DNA from: Tubiluchus corallicola
Taxonomy: Eukaryota > Animalia > Priapulida
Length of the DNA: 64,000 nucleotides
Direction of reading: 5' to 3'
Assembly (NCBI GenBank): GCA_030141605.1
Contig: JAQGDQ010000087.1
Coordinates: 248,001-312,000, forward strand
Below the pieces are notes generated by a model. The model was not told where the DNA came from, did not search any database, and saw only the letters and a list, made by a program, of their open reading frames with translations. A program made the position numbers and the translations under genes. Below, one piece after another: positions 52,963-64,000 of the stretch; the first letter of the stretch is position 1, and the number at the start of each line of letters is the position of its first letter.

Positions 52963-55900
52963 TGTGTGTGTGTGCATGTGCATGTGTGTTATACGCAAAA
53001 TATTGGGACATGTTTCACAAGCATCTCATTAAGTTAGCAAGATGTATTACTGTGATTATTGATGTTTTTAGTGAGCTCATTAATGTGCTGTGTTTCACCA
53101 CTGACTTACTAAAATCCAACGTTTGTTTTTAACAAATGTAGTTCAGTATTGTCACCCAACTTTTACTGGCAAATTTCTCAAGTTTTTCCAAAGCATTTAA
53201 AAATTTACTTAAGTTATATTATTAGGAGCACATGGTTGGCATAAAATCATTCTTATCAGCCATTTTGGAGGAATGGAATATCGAAATAGGGGGTTTCAGT
53301 TGTTGATGAAATAAAAATACAGCAAAAGTTGTGGTTGCTTGACAAAGCTGCATAAAATTTTGTAGCAGTTTGTTGATGTGTTCGGTTTACATCACTTGGC
53401 CCAATTAAAGATGTAAGTGCATCAGTCAGTGGCGGTTCGTTTATAGGTACTGGGCACTGCAGCACCCCCTATTTTCACTCAATATTATCGATAACATTCA
53501 ATATAATAAGCATTTTTTTCTTAGTTCTTTATGCTTGGAACCAAAGCACGTGAGGGTAGCACTGTTTGCTTCATAGCTCAGCACAGTTGTGTATTTGACT
53601 GCCATGCGCACATGTTTGAGATAACATGCTGTACGCTGCACTACTAGTTCTGCTGCTATTTAGAGAAAGTACTGTCGCTCACACAGTCTTTTGTCAGTTG
53701 TCACGTGCTTAAAAACCGTGTACTGACATATTCTTGAGTTTAGGCTATTCATAAGCAAAATTTTTTTGTTTAGGATTTTATCGAGTTTATGTATAAATTT
53801 TTGTATGTTTGTTTGTTTAAAAGTACAATTACAAATTACAACATCAAAATTACATACGTTTGTTTTGTTTTACACAGTACTAAAACAATGGCTAAAATTT
53901 TTCTGAAGCAAACCCCCACTTATTTTAATCGCGAGCCGCCACTGGTATCAGTGCATTTAAGGATTGGTGGTTTAATCAGTTCACTTGCTGCGTTGTATTG
54001 AATAATAAGTACTATGATAAAGTTTTCATTCGTAGAATAATACTCGGGATGTTATACTAATACTTGCCTAGATCTATGTAACATGTGGCAAAGCACCTTG
54101 CAATATCTTAATTCCTCTAATTGCAAAACTGTCATGTGAAGTCAATGAAGTAAAAGACTTGCAGGTGCAAAGTCATCATTTTCACAGCAGTAGCTGTTCT
54201 TTGTTTAGTGTTATTTGACAGAGCAGACACTTTATTACACCCTTTACATCATTCCCAATTAGGCATTAATTGTAAATGTCACCTATTTCGTGAAATCGTG
54301 ACTCAGCACGCAAAAATGTGAAAGGAACAAGATGTAACGATTTTGATAAGTTTTAGTATATAAATGATTTTTAACATTATTACCACAAAATTTTAATAAG
54401 TTTTAGAAGATAAATGATGTTTAACTTTATTACTACAAAATTTTAATAATTTTTAGAAGATAAATGATGTTTAACTTTATTACTACAAAATTTTAATAAG
54501 TTTTAGAATATAAATGATGTTTGACGTTATTACTACAAAAATGCGGTAGAATAAGTCAACTTACTTAGTTGTTAAAATAAGTGGACAAATTTAATAATTT
54601 TCTGTCATTTAACTTTTGTGATTAGATAATTTGGCTGTGCTCTCCCCAAACATTTTATAAAGTAATTCTGTTTATCTATTATTGTCGTTGCAATTTCGAA
54701 TGTCTTTAGTTACATTTATTTAGATAAAAATTAATGCGTTTAATATTACTTTCATCATCAAAAATTTCATGTATGGTTATATTTTATATTGATAGTGTTT
54801 CCTAAATGAAACATTACTAAAAATGCTAGACAATAGCAGTTTTATGATGTTGTTTTTTGTAATTTTTAGGGCGGAGCAGATAGCAGAAAGTGCATTCCAA
54901 GTTAGAAGTCAAGTGAATCAACTTATGCAACTTCGAAACAAAGTAAGTGAATGAAAGAGTTCAATAATAATCCTAAAGAAACTTTATGCTTTTGTTTTTC
55001 ATGGACACTTCTTACCAAATTAGTGATTTAGTATTACTTATGATTTGTGGTTCGATATGTCCATCATGTTGTTGTACATTTAATTTGATCTGTCTTATGC
55101 TTCTTATCAATATTCTTATTTCGAATAAAAATCTTATGATTTTTAGATGCCTTTGCAAGGAGAAGATCATGCTGGCCAGGCACAGCTGCTCGAAAAAGTG
55201 CAGAACTTGCTGAGTAATATAATCAATGAGTAAGTGGTGATTTTTGCATTTCGTCACAAGTTTATTGTAATTAATGTATTTACTTAGATTGCATAACCTT
55301 ACAAGGAGATTGCAGCAGTAATATGATGTAAGTTACAATTGCCATTGTTCTAATCTGTACTTATCACTGATTGTCTGATGTATAACTGTCATGTCATATG
55401 CTATAGGACATTCATAGTAACAGAACAACCACCGCAGGTGTTAAAGACCAACACTCGTTTTGTTGCTGGAGTGCAGCATTTGGTGGGTGGTAAACTAAAC
55501 CTACATATGAGCACACCCCAAGTTTTTGTTAGCATAGTCAGGTAAGTTTTGTTTGACGTAAAATCATTTGAGTCATATTCCGTGCTGAATTGTGTAACTG
55601 TATTATGAATAAAAATAAAAAATAATTCAAATGTAAAATACTAGTAATTTTAATTGGCATGTAAATGCATTTGTACTGAAGTAATTTAAAGATGTTTAGA
55701 AAAAAACTAAATTTGCTAAAGAATAAGAATGAAGATTGCATGCGAAGTGAGTGTTTTATAGTTCGTGCAGTTTTATTTAAATTTGTCATCTTTTTTAAGT
55801 TGGCAAGTTGCCATCTTTTTTATTAAACTTGAACTACTGCATAATTTACAAGTGTTTCACGTTGAAGTAAGTTGAAAATGTAATAAATCATTTATGCTGT

Positions 55901-58900
55901 CAACCAACTCTGATAACTAACTTGCCTTCATTTTTGTAGTGAAGAACAAGCTGTGCAGATCACTAAGGGTCAAATACAACCAATACCAAACTCCGGAAAA
56001 CTGTAGGTTTTTTAATACTTTGTTCTAAAATATGTTTTTATAATATGTTTGTATAAAAAATATTTTATTACTTTGAAATAACAAAAAGTGTAACACATTC
56101 CAAGTTTGCTCTCTTGCAGTTAAATCAAATTTTTAAAAATTGAGGTTTGTAAAATAATTATACTTCACAAATTACAAAAGTTGAATATGGTTTTAAAAAT
56201 GCTTGTTTGCCTTCCATATAGGGTGAACAGCGGGGAAATACTTAATCATAATGTAGGCATGGATTATCACACCCAGACCAACAAACTTTCTGCTCTTTTC
56301 AAGAACATGGTACGTTTCTTTTGTGTGAGTTATCGAAAAAAATGTTTATTCACATTTAAATTATGGTCTAGGTAGTTAACTAGTCACATTTAAATTATGG
56401 TCTAGGTAGTTAACTAGTTTGACTTAAACGAGTTTTGTATGCTACATTAAGTAACATCTAAATGTAAGAACTGCTTTCATTTAAATGTAGAAAAGTTAAT
56501 GCTGGGAGCATATTAGAGCTTTATCACATTCGAGGCTGTTTTAGCCAATTTAATGATGACATTAGTTTTAGTAAAAAAAGAATGACAAATATTTCTGGTC
56601 TTTATGGGATTTCCTTTCAAATTTAAGGGGATGTAATTTGCATAGAACTGACTTACTGGACTTGAGTGCTATTATTAATGTTTGATTGTATAGAGCTATT
56701 CTGTTTGACAAATGTGTAAACACTGAAAATTAATGCAAAAACACACATTTTGCAATAGTTTTTATAATTTTCATGGTACTTGCACAATCCTAATTTTTTT
56801 AACAATTTACTATTTACAGAGTACATGAAATATCCCACAATATCCACAAGTTTTTTTATCATTTTAGTTAAATAGGTTATGACTCTGAATGCCAGAAAGC
56901 ATCTTCAAGTCCTGATAATGAATGTTAGTGCATAGCAGAAACTTCTTTAAACTTCTTAAAAAAATTTAACAAACTGATGTAGTTCCTGTCATTAACAATT
57001 TGAAAACTATTTTATGGGGTAATTTATGTTTCCTTATTTGTAGTCACTAAAAAGAATCAAGCGAGCAACAAAGAAGGGGACAGATTCACATGTGAGTTTT
57101 TAACTATTCTTAATTTTGCTTTATTTTTTTGCTTGCTTATGTATATAGATTTTTCATTTCCGGATATTCATTATTCTGAAATTGTCTTGAAAATTTAACA
57201 TATAGTTCCTATTTTTCCCTGCTTTTTAATGTGTTATCTCACATTTTTAACAACTATGTGTTTATGGAAGCATTCTGATGTTGAAAGGTTTCCATCATTT
57301 GTTTAATTTTAGGCGGTAACAGAAGAAAAATTTGCCCTTTTATTTTGCACAAGTTTTGGGATTCAGAATGAAGTCTTGCATTTTGAAGTTTGGGTGAGTA
57401 CTGTGAGATTTTAATGATTGTTTTTTGGTCAGAAGGTTGCTCTACATCCTATTCGTTTCACAGTTTGATCAACCTTATTGTATAGCTGATTCATGCTATA
57501 TCAGTAAACTATACAGTAAGTCCTTGCTTAATTTTGCTAATGCGTTCCTGCAAAACGCAACGTTAAACGAAACGTCGTTAAACCAAGCCAATACTTCCAT
57601 AGAAAGTAAAGTAAAAGAATTGCGATATGTTCCAGAGGCACAAATCAATGCTGCTTAAATCATATAAATTAAAGGTTTTATGAGTTTTCCTCATGTTTCT
57701 ACTGATTAATTTCTTTTTGCTTGCTTGAAACCACGTATATATATGTGTATATATATAGATATATATATATATCTTACTTACCTAGCTAGCGGTTTCTCTT
57801 TTGTTAACATTTAACTGTAGGCAGCGGTTAAACAATAAACACTACGACAGAGTCAAGTGCTGGGTGACCTTGGGAGTTTTATCTAGTCTATAGATAGACT
57901 AGAGATAGACTAGATAGTTACTATAGCAACAGGTTGCAGGCAAAATTCCTTGCATAAAGTTTGCTCCTAGGTCTCGCTTGATAAAACGGCTAGTACTTAG
58001 TGGTCAGTCGGGGAAGCAAAGATGTGTACTTGTATAATTGCCCTGTTTACGTTAGTGGTGTATTTTAAAACAGAATAATGCAATTTGTACTATTTTAATG
58101 CATGAAATTAAGTAAAAAAGTTGTTGATAAAATAAAAATTGCTTCAAGCAAAGTAAAAAATGTAGTTAAAACGAAATAGTGCATCATTAAGTGAAAAAAG
58201 ATGTCAAATGCTCAAACGAAATGTCCGTAAACAGGAAGTCGTTAAGCAAGAACTTACTTTATTATTAAATGCGAAATAAAAATTTAAGTTTAGAATTGTT
58301 ACATGCTGAGCTTACTTTTATTTGAAAATGCGGTTCATCAGAGAGTACTTACAGTAGGAAACTAAAAATGAAACGAAATTAGAGTTGCAATGTATTTTCA
58401 TTTTAAGCTTGGCAAACTGACAACTGATAAAACTCAAATCAAATGATTTTTATGTCTCCCTGTTTTTAAAGTTTAATTCAAGTGTTATATTTTCAAAAAA
58501 ATGGTATTATTATTGTACATTATCCTCTTTATTTTATTAACAATTTTATCATTTTATTTATAATAATAAAATTTTTCAGACACTTTCACTTCCTGTTGTT
58601 GTTATTGTTCATGGCAACCAAGAACCTGATGCAGCTGCTACAATTCTTTGGGATAATGCTTTTGCGCCATTGGTCAGTTTTTTCTCCTACTTTCATCTTC
58701 ATGTAATAATGTACCAATATGAAAATTTGCTAGGCAGGTTTATATGTGCTAAGATGCCCTTAACTATAACACACTCTCGAATATAAGATAATGTCAAGTA
58801 TAAAACACATTGTAGTTCAGCAGTTAAATCATAACTTGCTACTGCTTAAACTGAGGTTGATGTGTAATACAATCATTATTAATGCCCTTTCCATGTATTT

Positions 58901-61900
58901 GCCTGTAGCAGTGCCTTGTAACTTGCAATTGTTTTTACAAATTCTTTTACTTACATAAAACTTTAGGTTTTAAATTATAATGCTGTCTGAAATATTTGTG
59001 CTAGTTACGAATATTTCTTCAGAAATAGATATAAGATACTCACACTTATAAAATGCAGTTGAATATAAGATGAAAGACATGTCTTATATTGAAGAAATCA
59101 CAGTATTTTATACTTAACTGTGCTTAACAATATAAATATTTCATATCCATTCTCTAAAGATTACAACTTTACTTCTGTTCACTGGGTTTCCTGTGTGTAG
59201 TCAAATACACACTACTTTCTAAGAAGAATAAACAGTTGTTATTGTGTACTAGCGTACAGTCACTTCAAAACCCATATGATCGTTTTTCTAGCCAGCAAAG
59301 GTACTTCCTAACTTTAATTAACTAGGTAACTTCGACTTGCTTCAAAGCAGTGAGCATTAAAATCTAAATTTATAATTCTTAGATCGTTACTCTTAAATTT
59401 TGCTTGCTAATAAATGTCTTGCACTTTGTGCTGTAGGAACGAAGACCGTTTGTTGCACCCGAGCAAGTCCCCTGGCAACAGGTAACTGAAACTCTCAATC
59501 GTGATATTATGCTCAAGGTTACCGAAGGCCGAGGAAGACCAGCTCGTGGATTTACCGACGAAGATCTCAGCTACCTGGGAGAGAAGCTTTTTGGTCATCG
59601 AGTTTCACCTGAAGTGCTAGTTACTTGGAATAAATTCAACAAGGTAAATGTGTTAAGCAATTTTTTCAGATCCGTGGTATGAAGGTTGAACACTGTGTAG
59701 TCTTTGAACTTTTCTGACTGAGGTCATCGAAATTTTGCTGATTTTGCGAGGAAAGCAAGGTGTAACAGTTTCCTAAGTGCAACAGTAACACACTCAGACT
59801 TTTTTCTACCATACAGTATAGTCATATTTTGACACATCAGAATGCTAGAAAGATTTCATGGCAGCTGCTTTACCTATTACAATAAACTTCACATAACTCT
59901 AATCCAATTGGACTGAAAAAAATGTTAAGTTTGACGATATTTTGCGTTAGGCGATGTTGACCATTTTCCAGCATAGAAACTCAAAACTCCTCCTCCAGAC
60001 AGCGAGCTAAATAGAAGGCAGAAAGTCAACCCTTCTATGCATAAACGACAAGATTTGGTGACATTTTTTTTGTTAGAATTTTCCTGGAAGACTATTCTGT
60101 TTTTGAATTGTACGAAATTTTCTTTTTCTAGAGTATAAGTTGCATTTTTGAGTTATACGGAGTAAATACATGTGTTTTGATTAAATCGACCATAATTTTT
60201 TATTTGAGTTAGGTGAAATTTTGAGTTATATATTTTGAGTCAAGTGATGTTTTTGTGGGAAAAACGAAAGACTTCATGCATTCTGCTGAAACTCTTTGAG
60301 TTAGACAAAAGTTTGAGTTATGCGATTTTAAGTTACGCAGAGTTTAATATAGTATGTTTTAAAACATAATTGCCTTCAGACCTATTGCCTACCTGACTAG
60401 TACCTACACCTTGGCTATTAATAATAAATTTGTCAGTTCGGAAATGTTTATTACAGCATTTCTTTGCTTGTTGAAAAATCTAATTCTAATATGTTTATTT
60501 AAACGTAAAGATGATATTGTTTCAGGATCCTCTTCCACAAAGGGATTTCACATTCTGGCAGTGGTATTACCAAGCAGTGAAGCTGATACGTGAAAATCTC
60601 AAACCTTACTGGAATAGTGGGTGAGCATTCATATAGAGTAAAGACATTTTTGTGTAATTAGCTTCTATGTTTTTTAAAAACAGTTTAAACATTATTAAAT
60701 TGTGAAAATGTGTCAATTATTTGCATAGCTGTTTAGCCACATGATAGTTTTATTTGCAAGAAATAGTAAAATTTGAAATTATTTGGTGTGTGTGATAAGA
60801 ACACCACCTACTGTTACATTTAGTCAGTGTACGTGTTATACATTTGGATTTTTTAATAGCATGCAATCTGTTGCATCCTTGTGCCATAAGGAATTGTGTT
60901 CAAGCATAACTTAGATTTTTCTGTTTTTCTTTTAGTAAAAGGCAGTTTTTTAATGTCCTGTACTATGCTTGTTTTTTAGACTTGTCGCAGGATTTATACC
61001 CAAGAATGTAGCGGAGAAGCTGCTCATGGAACAAGGAGATGGAACATTTTTGGTTCGTTTCTCTGACAGTAAACCAGGTGGCATTACAATAGCTTGGAAG
61101 CAAGTGGATCCCAGCACAAGTAAGAGAAATAATGAAGGCAGAACGTTTTATTTTATAGGGCCAATGACATGAAAAAACTCATTAAATCGTTGCCTAAACC
61201 TCACAATTTTGGTAATCAGTGACACTTCTAAAATCATTTAAATTTTTGCATAGAGGAAGAGAAATGGCTCACTTTCCATAAATAAAGCCTGAAGTCCACT
61301 ATAGCAGTTGCTTGCATAAGTATAATGCTTATGTTTGTGTGCGTGCATGTGTGTGCACATATTAGGTCCATGTTCAGTAGTGTTTTTTATCTAGAGTTAT
61401 GCTTCCATAGAGGTATTACCATCTATTTTAATATAAACCATAGTTTATGCAATACACCATATGTGTACTTGAAGTGCAGTTAAAATTAGTACTACGCGAG
61501 AAAACAATTTAACAGCCTCGTATGTAGGCAATAATTGATAGCCCTTGTCACTGTTGATGATTGGACACCCTGTTACCATTGTTGCCCTGTAGGTGTTCCC
61601 AGCTATTTCTAATCTGTCACTAGAGGAGTAATTAATAAATGGCTCAATGTTAGAGCTAGAGCAAAGTTTGATCAGGTAGTGCAAAACATGAACTTCATAA
61701 TACCCTAGTATTCCTTGCTAGTTGCTACCTTCCTTGCTACGAGTAATTCAGGAAGCTGTCTCTTTGTTTTAGGTCAATCTAAGGTATTTCACTTGGCTGC
61801 TTGGACAGACAGGGACCTTCGTCAGCGTAGTCTTGGAGACAGAATAAAAGACTTGGCATCTCTGACGTATTTATATCAGGCTACTGGTGCTGTACCAAAG

Positions 61901-63218
61901 GATGACGTGTTTCAAGCTTATTATTCGCTAGCCGATTGTGAGTACATAAGAACAGATTTATTGTAAATTTTCGTGTGTAAGGAACTAAAACAAGCTTTCT
62001 GACTCATATATATTGTACAGTAACCTTGTTATATGCATGTCTGTGAAATATGAATAGACCATATCATGCCATATTTGTTTAGAAACTGATTGGAATAGAA
62101 AAACTCTGGTCTCCACTTAATTGCTTTCTTAGTCAGCACTAAATTATGAGCAGCTACACTTCTTTGGTCGGCATTGTAAAATGGAAAATTTCGTACATAA
62201 GAATGTTTGGCAAGTGTACAAGTAGAAATGTTGTTTTTATGCGTAGAAGTATTAATCTGTTATGCAATGCCTATGATGACATATAGTTCAAATGAAAGAA
62301 CATTTATTATAAGGAGATTTTTAAAAAGCTGTAATTGACCAGCTTGATCCTGTAAATTTTATCGTTCCACGCAGATTTGTTTATTGTTGTGCAACTATGG
62401 TACTGATGTATTAGATTATATTGCTTTGAATTTTAATTCCACAAGACTGTGATTGATTTCAACATGCTGACGTAGATGTAGATAAACTGTAGTATAGTTT
62501 CACATGTGAGTAGTACTGTGGTGTCTCAAAAAGACCACTTTTATTTCAGCACTGGCAAAAGTCGACGGATACGTGACGGCAACGATGCAAGTTCATCTGC
62601 CACAAAAGTAAGTTTTTTATACTAAGATTTTATATAGTAGTAGTAATAGTGGTGGTGGTTTTGGTGATGGTGGTGGTGGTGGTGGTGGTAATAGACAATT
62701 TTGACTTAAATTATTACCCATACAATGTGACAATATGTCAAGTAGATTGCACAAAAAGCCATCGGAAGAACAGAATATTCAAGGTGATACAAGAGTTACT
62801 ATAAATGTTACACTCAGATAATGCAAGAGTCTTGCATTTTAAACAAACAGGCACTTAATCAATAATGTTGCGAGCAAAAAGTAAAACATTTTTAATTGTT
62901 CCATTCATGCCATCTGGTATTGAAATGGTGGGCCCCTATATTTTGTCAGCTGTAAAGACAACAAAGAGAGTTTTGAGTCAAATTTTAGGAAAACTGATTT
63001 TGTTACCACCTTTAAAAGTTTTTATATTTGCATCTAGGTTTGAGGCAATGTATCTTGAAGAACACAAAACCCCTATTCCAACGCCAACACACAGCATGGA
63101 GCCGCCCGACTCTGTCATGACGGATGTTAGTCAGGACATGTCATACAGCGGCGGGGAAAGCGGGGACAATTTACCGAGGTGCGTTTCAGAATCTATCGCC
63201 CTCGATTCTTCATTGTGA
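41248..63218 (+). CDS. STAT5: Signal transducer and activator of transcription, STAT5-like invertebrate STAT; 21 coding exons in window, about 797 aa if the last exon reads to TGA 63218
   Basis: Exons 41248-41381, 42801-42975, 49435-49524, 50096-50191, 50350-50431, 51953-52107, 52602-52753, 54870-54942, 55147-55229, 55407-55541, 55940-56002, 56222-56309, 57044-57091, 57313-57393, 58580-58672, 59437-59643, 60526-60620, 60980-61119, 61773-61937, 62550-62607, 63038-63178 (or to 63218); GT-AG and phase-consistent. Motifs: [18 protein letters not shown] (N-domain), [56 protein letters not shown]2 [10 protein letters not shown], phosphotyrosine KVDGYV (TAC 62570-62572). The 3' end is uncertain. Confidence 0.95.
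45880..46465 (+). mobile_element. Decayed RTE-clade LINE 3' end
   Basis: [10 protein letters not shown]...[10 protein letters not shown]...ISNEQLY...[17 protein letters not shown], then a [15 protein letters not shown] segment, ending in a short AAGAAGAAG tail. Confidence 0.8.
46723..47244. mobile_element. hAT-like MITE
   Basis: Perfect 12-bp TIRs CAGTGGTGGCTC ... GAGCCACCACTG; related to 53427-53944 in the opposite orientation; TSD degraded. Confidence 0.7.
47570..48421. mobile_element. Possible Kolobok-like non-autonomous element
   Basis: TTAT|AGGGGCTACC ... GATACGCCT|TTAA ends; the right end resembles the TTAAAGGATAC...GAGCC sequence at 2671; TIR is imperfect. Confidence 0.35.
52893..52989. 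repeat. Compound (GT)n(GCGT)n microsatellite
   Basis: Directly visible alternating purine-pyrimidine tract. Confidence 0.97.
53427..53944. mobile_element. hAT-like MITE with an 8-bp TSD
   Basis: CAGTGGCGGTTCG ... CGAGCCGCCACTG TIRs; flanks GCATCAGT / GTATCAGT (7/8). Confidence 0.8.
54341..54540. repeat. 50-bp AT-rich minisatellite, 4 copies
   Basis: TTTTAATAAGTTTTAGAAGATAAATGATGTTTAACTTTATTACTACAAAA x4 with a few substitutions. Confidence 0.92.
56351..56418. repeat. Perfect 34-bp tandem duplication
   Basis: CACATTTAAATTATGGTCTAGGTAGTTAACTAGT x2. Confidence 0.92.
57514..58259. mobile_element. pogo/Tigger-like MITE
   Basis: TA|CAGTAAGTCCTTGCTTAA ... TTAAGCAAGAACTTACTT|TA, with AAACGAAA subterminal repeats. 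Confidence 0.65.
62636..62693. repeat. (TAG)n/(GGT)n trinucleotide microsatellite
   Basis: Directly visible just after the phosphotyrosine exon. Confidence 0.85.
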
Positions 63219-64000
63219 TCGAGTCGCGTATGGCATGTACGTAGTATTCTATTTCATCGTAACATGAGTAGGGCATAGTAAATGAATAGGGGAATCTATT
63301 AACAGTGGTGACGGTTTTACATTAATTAACCTTAGGTGATTTAATATGTCGCAGGTAATTTGTAGCATGGGTGTTTCTTAGAGCCTGTCACAATCTTGAG
63401 TAAACTGGTTAAACAGTTTTGTTTTACACTCATACAAGTCACTACGGCTTGCAGTACCAGTTACCCGTGGAGTTTTGGCCAGCATGCCATATATGCGAGG
63501 GGTTGTGAAAGATTGTAGTTTTAATAATACAATTTGGATTTTAATTCTACTAGAATATAATCTGTGTAGTGTCATACCAGAGTAATGGTACTGTGGTATC
63601 TAACACATGATTCCTCTGTTTTGCTTACTGCCCTCTTACTCGCACTCACTGCACACATCACATTATCATATATTTGTACACTTGATGTGCAATTTAAAAA
63701 TGATTTTTTTTGTTATCTTACTGAATACTGTCATCGTGTGCAATTGTACTAGTATATCGTTGAATATTTTGCTTTCAAGTTCCTTTTTAATATTTAGCTA
63801 TAGTGGTTACTGGTTGAGAGCTAGCTTGTGCTTGTTCATTGACAGTGTGATAACAACATATTTTTTAATTTACAATTTTTAATTTGCTGTTAACTTACTT
63901 TAAAGGCATCATTATAGATTCATTTGCTCCTAATTAATATGTGGGCACTTAACATACAACTAATCAATGTCGCCTTTTTCCCTTCTGTTCTGCTTGGTAA

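Noticed and set aside
52751-53132. [10 protein letters not shown] ORFs resembling Cys-rich proteins
   Set aside because: Microsatellite translation within a STAT intron.
57425-57658. 77-aa ORF after STAT exon 57313-57393
   Set aside because: Runs into a Tigger-like MITE; not needed for the STAT frame and has no STAT similarity.
58765-60350. Further mariner/pogo-like MITE remnants (ATATAAGA and GAGTTA subrepeats)
   Set aside because: Probably real TE debris, but I could not define both TIRs and a TSD well enough to give boundaries.

Overview
This window is AT-rich, intron-rich animal genomic DNA, most likely from an invertebrate. It is not prokaryotic, so most of the supplied ORF track is either exon fragments or noise. 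I assembled three protein-coding genes by hand, with canonical GT-AG introns and consistent codon phase at every junction. (1) A chimaerin (SH2-C1-RhoGAP) on the - strand, 12 coding exons, about 480 aa, 20841->4707. (2) An SLC22 organic cation/anion transporter on the + strand, 11 exons, about 554 aa, 22892-35798, head-to-head with chimaerin. (3) A STAT5-like STAT on the + strand, 21 coding exons, 41248 to at least 63178/63218, possibly continuing past the window. Introns and intergenic DNA hold many non-autonomous transposons: a 2.9-kb Sola3-like element (TTAA TSD, about 490-bp TIRs), a MULE-like foldback, hAT and Tc1/pogo MITEs, an unclassified element with a 6-bp TSD in the shared promoter, decayed CR1 and RTE LINEs, tRNA- and 5S-derived fragments, and several mini/microsatellites. 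The best leads are GAS (STAT-binding) sites in the STAT gene's own promoter, substitutions in conserved STAT motifs, a phased TTTAYGA motif cluster in a STAT intron, and the Sola3-like and 6-bp-TSD elements. I cannot support a wholly new biological system from the sequence alone. All family assignments come from motif recognition, not database searches.
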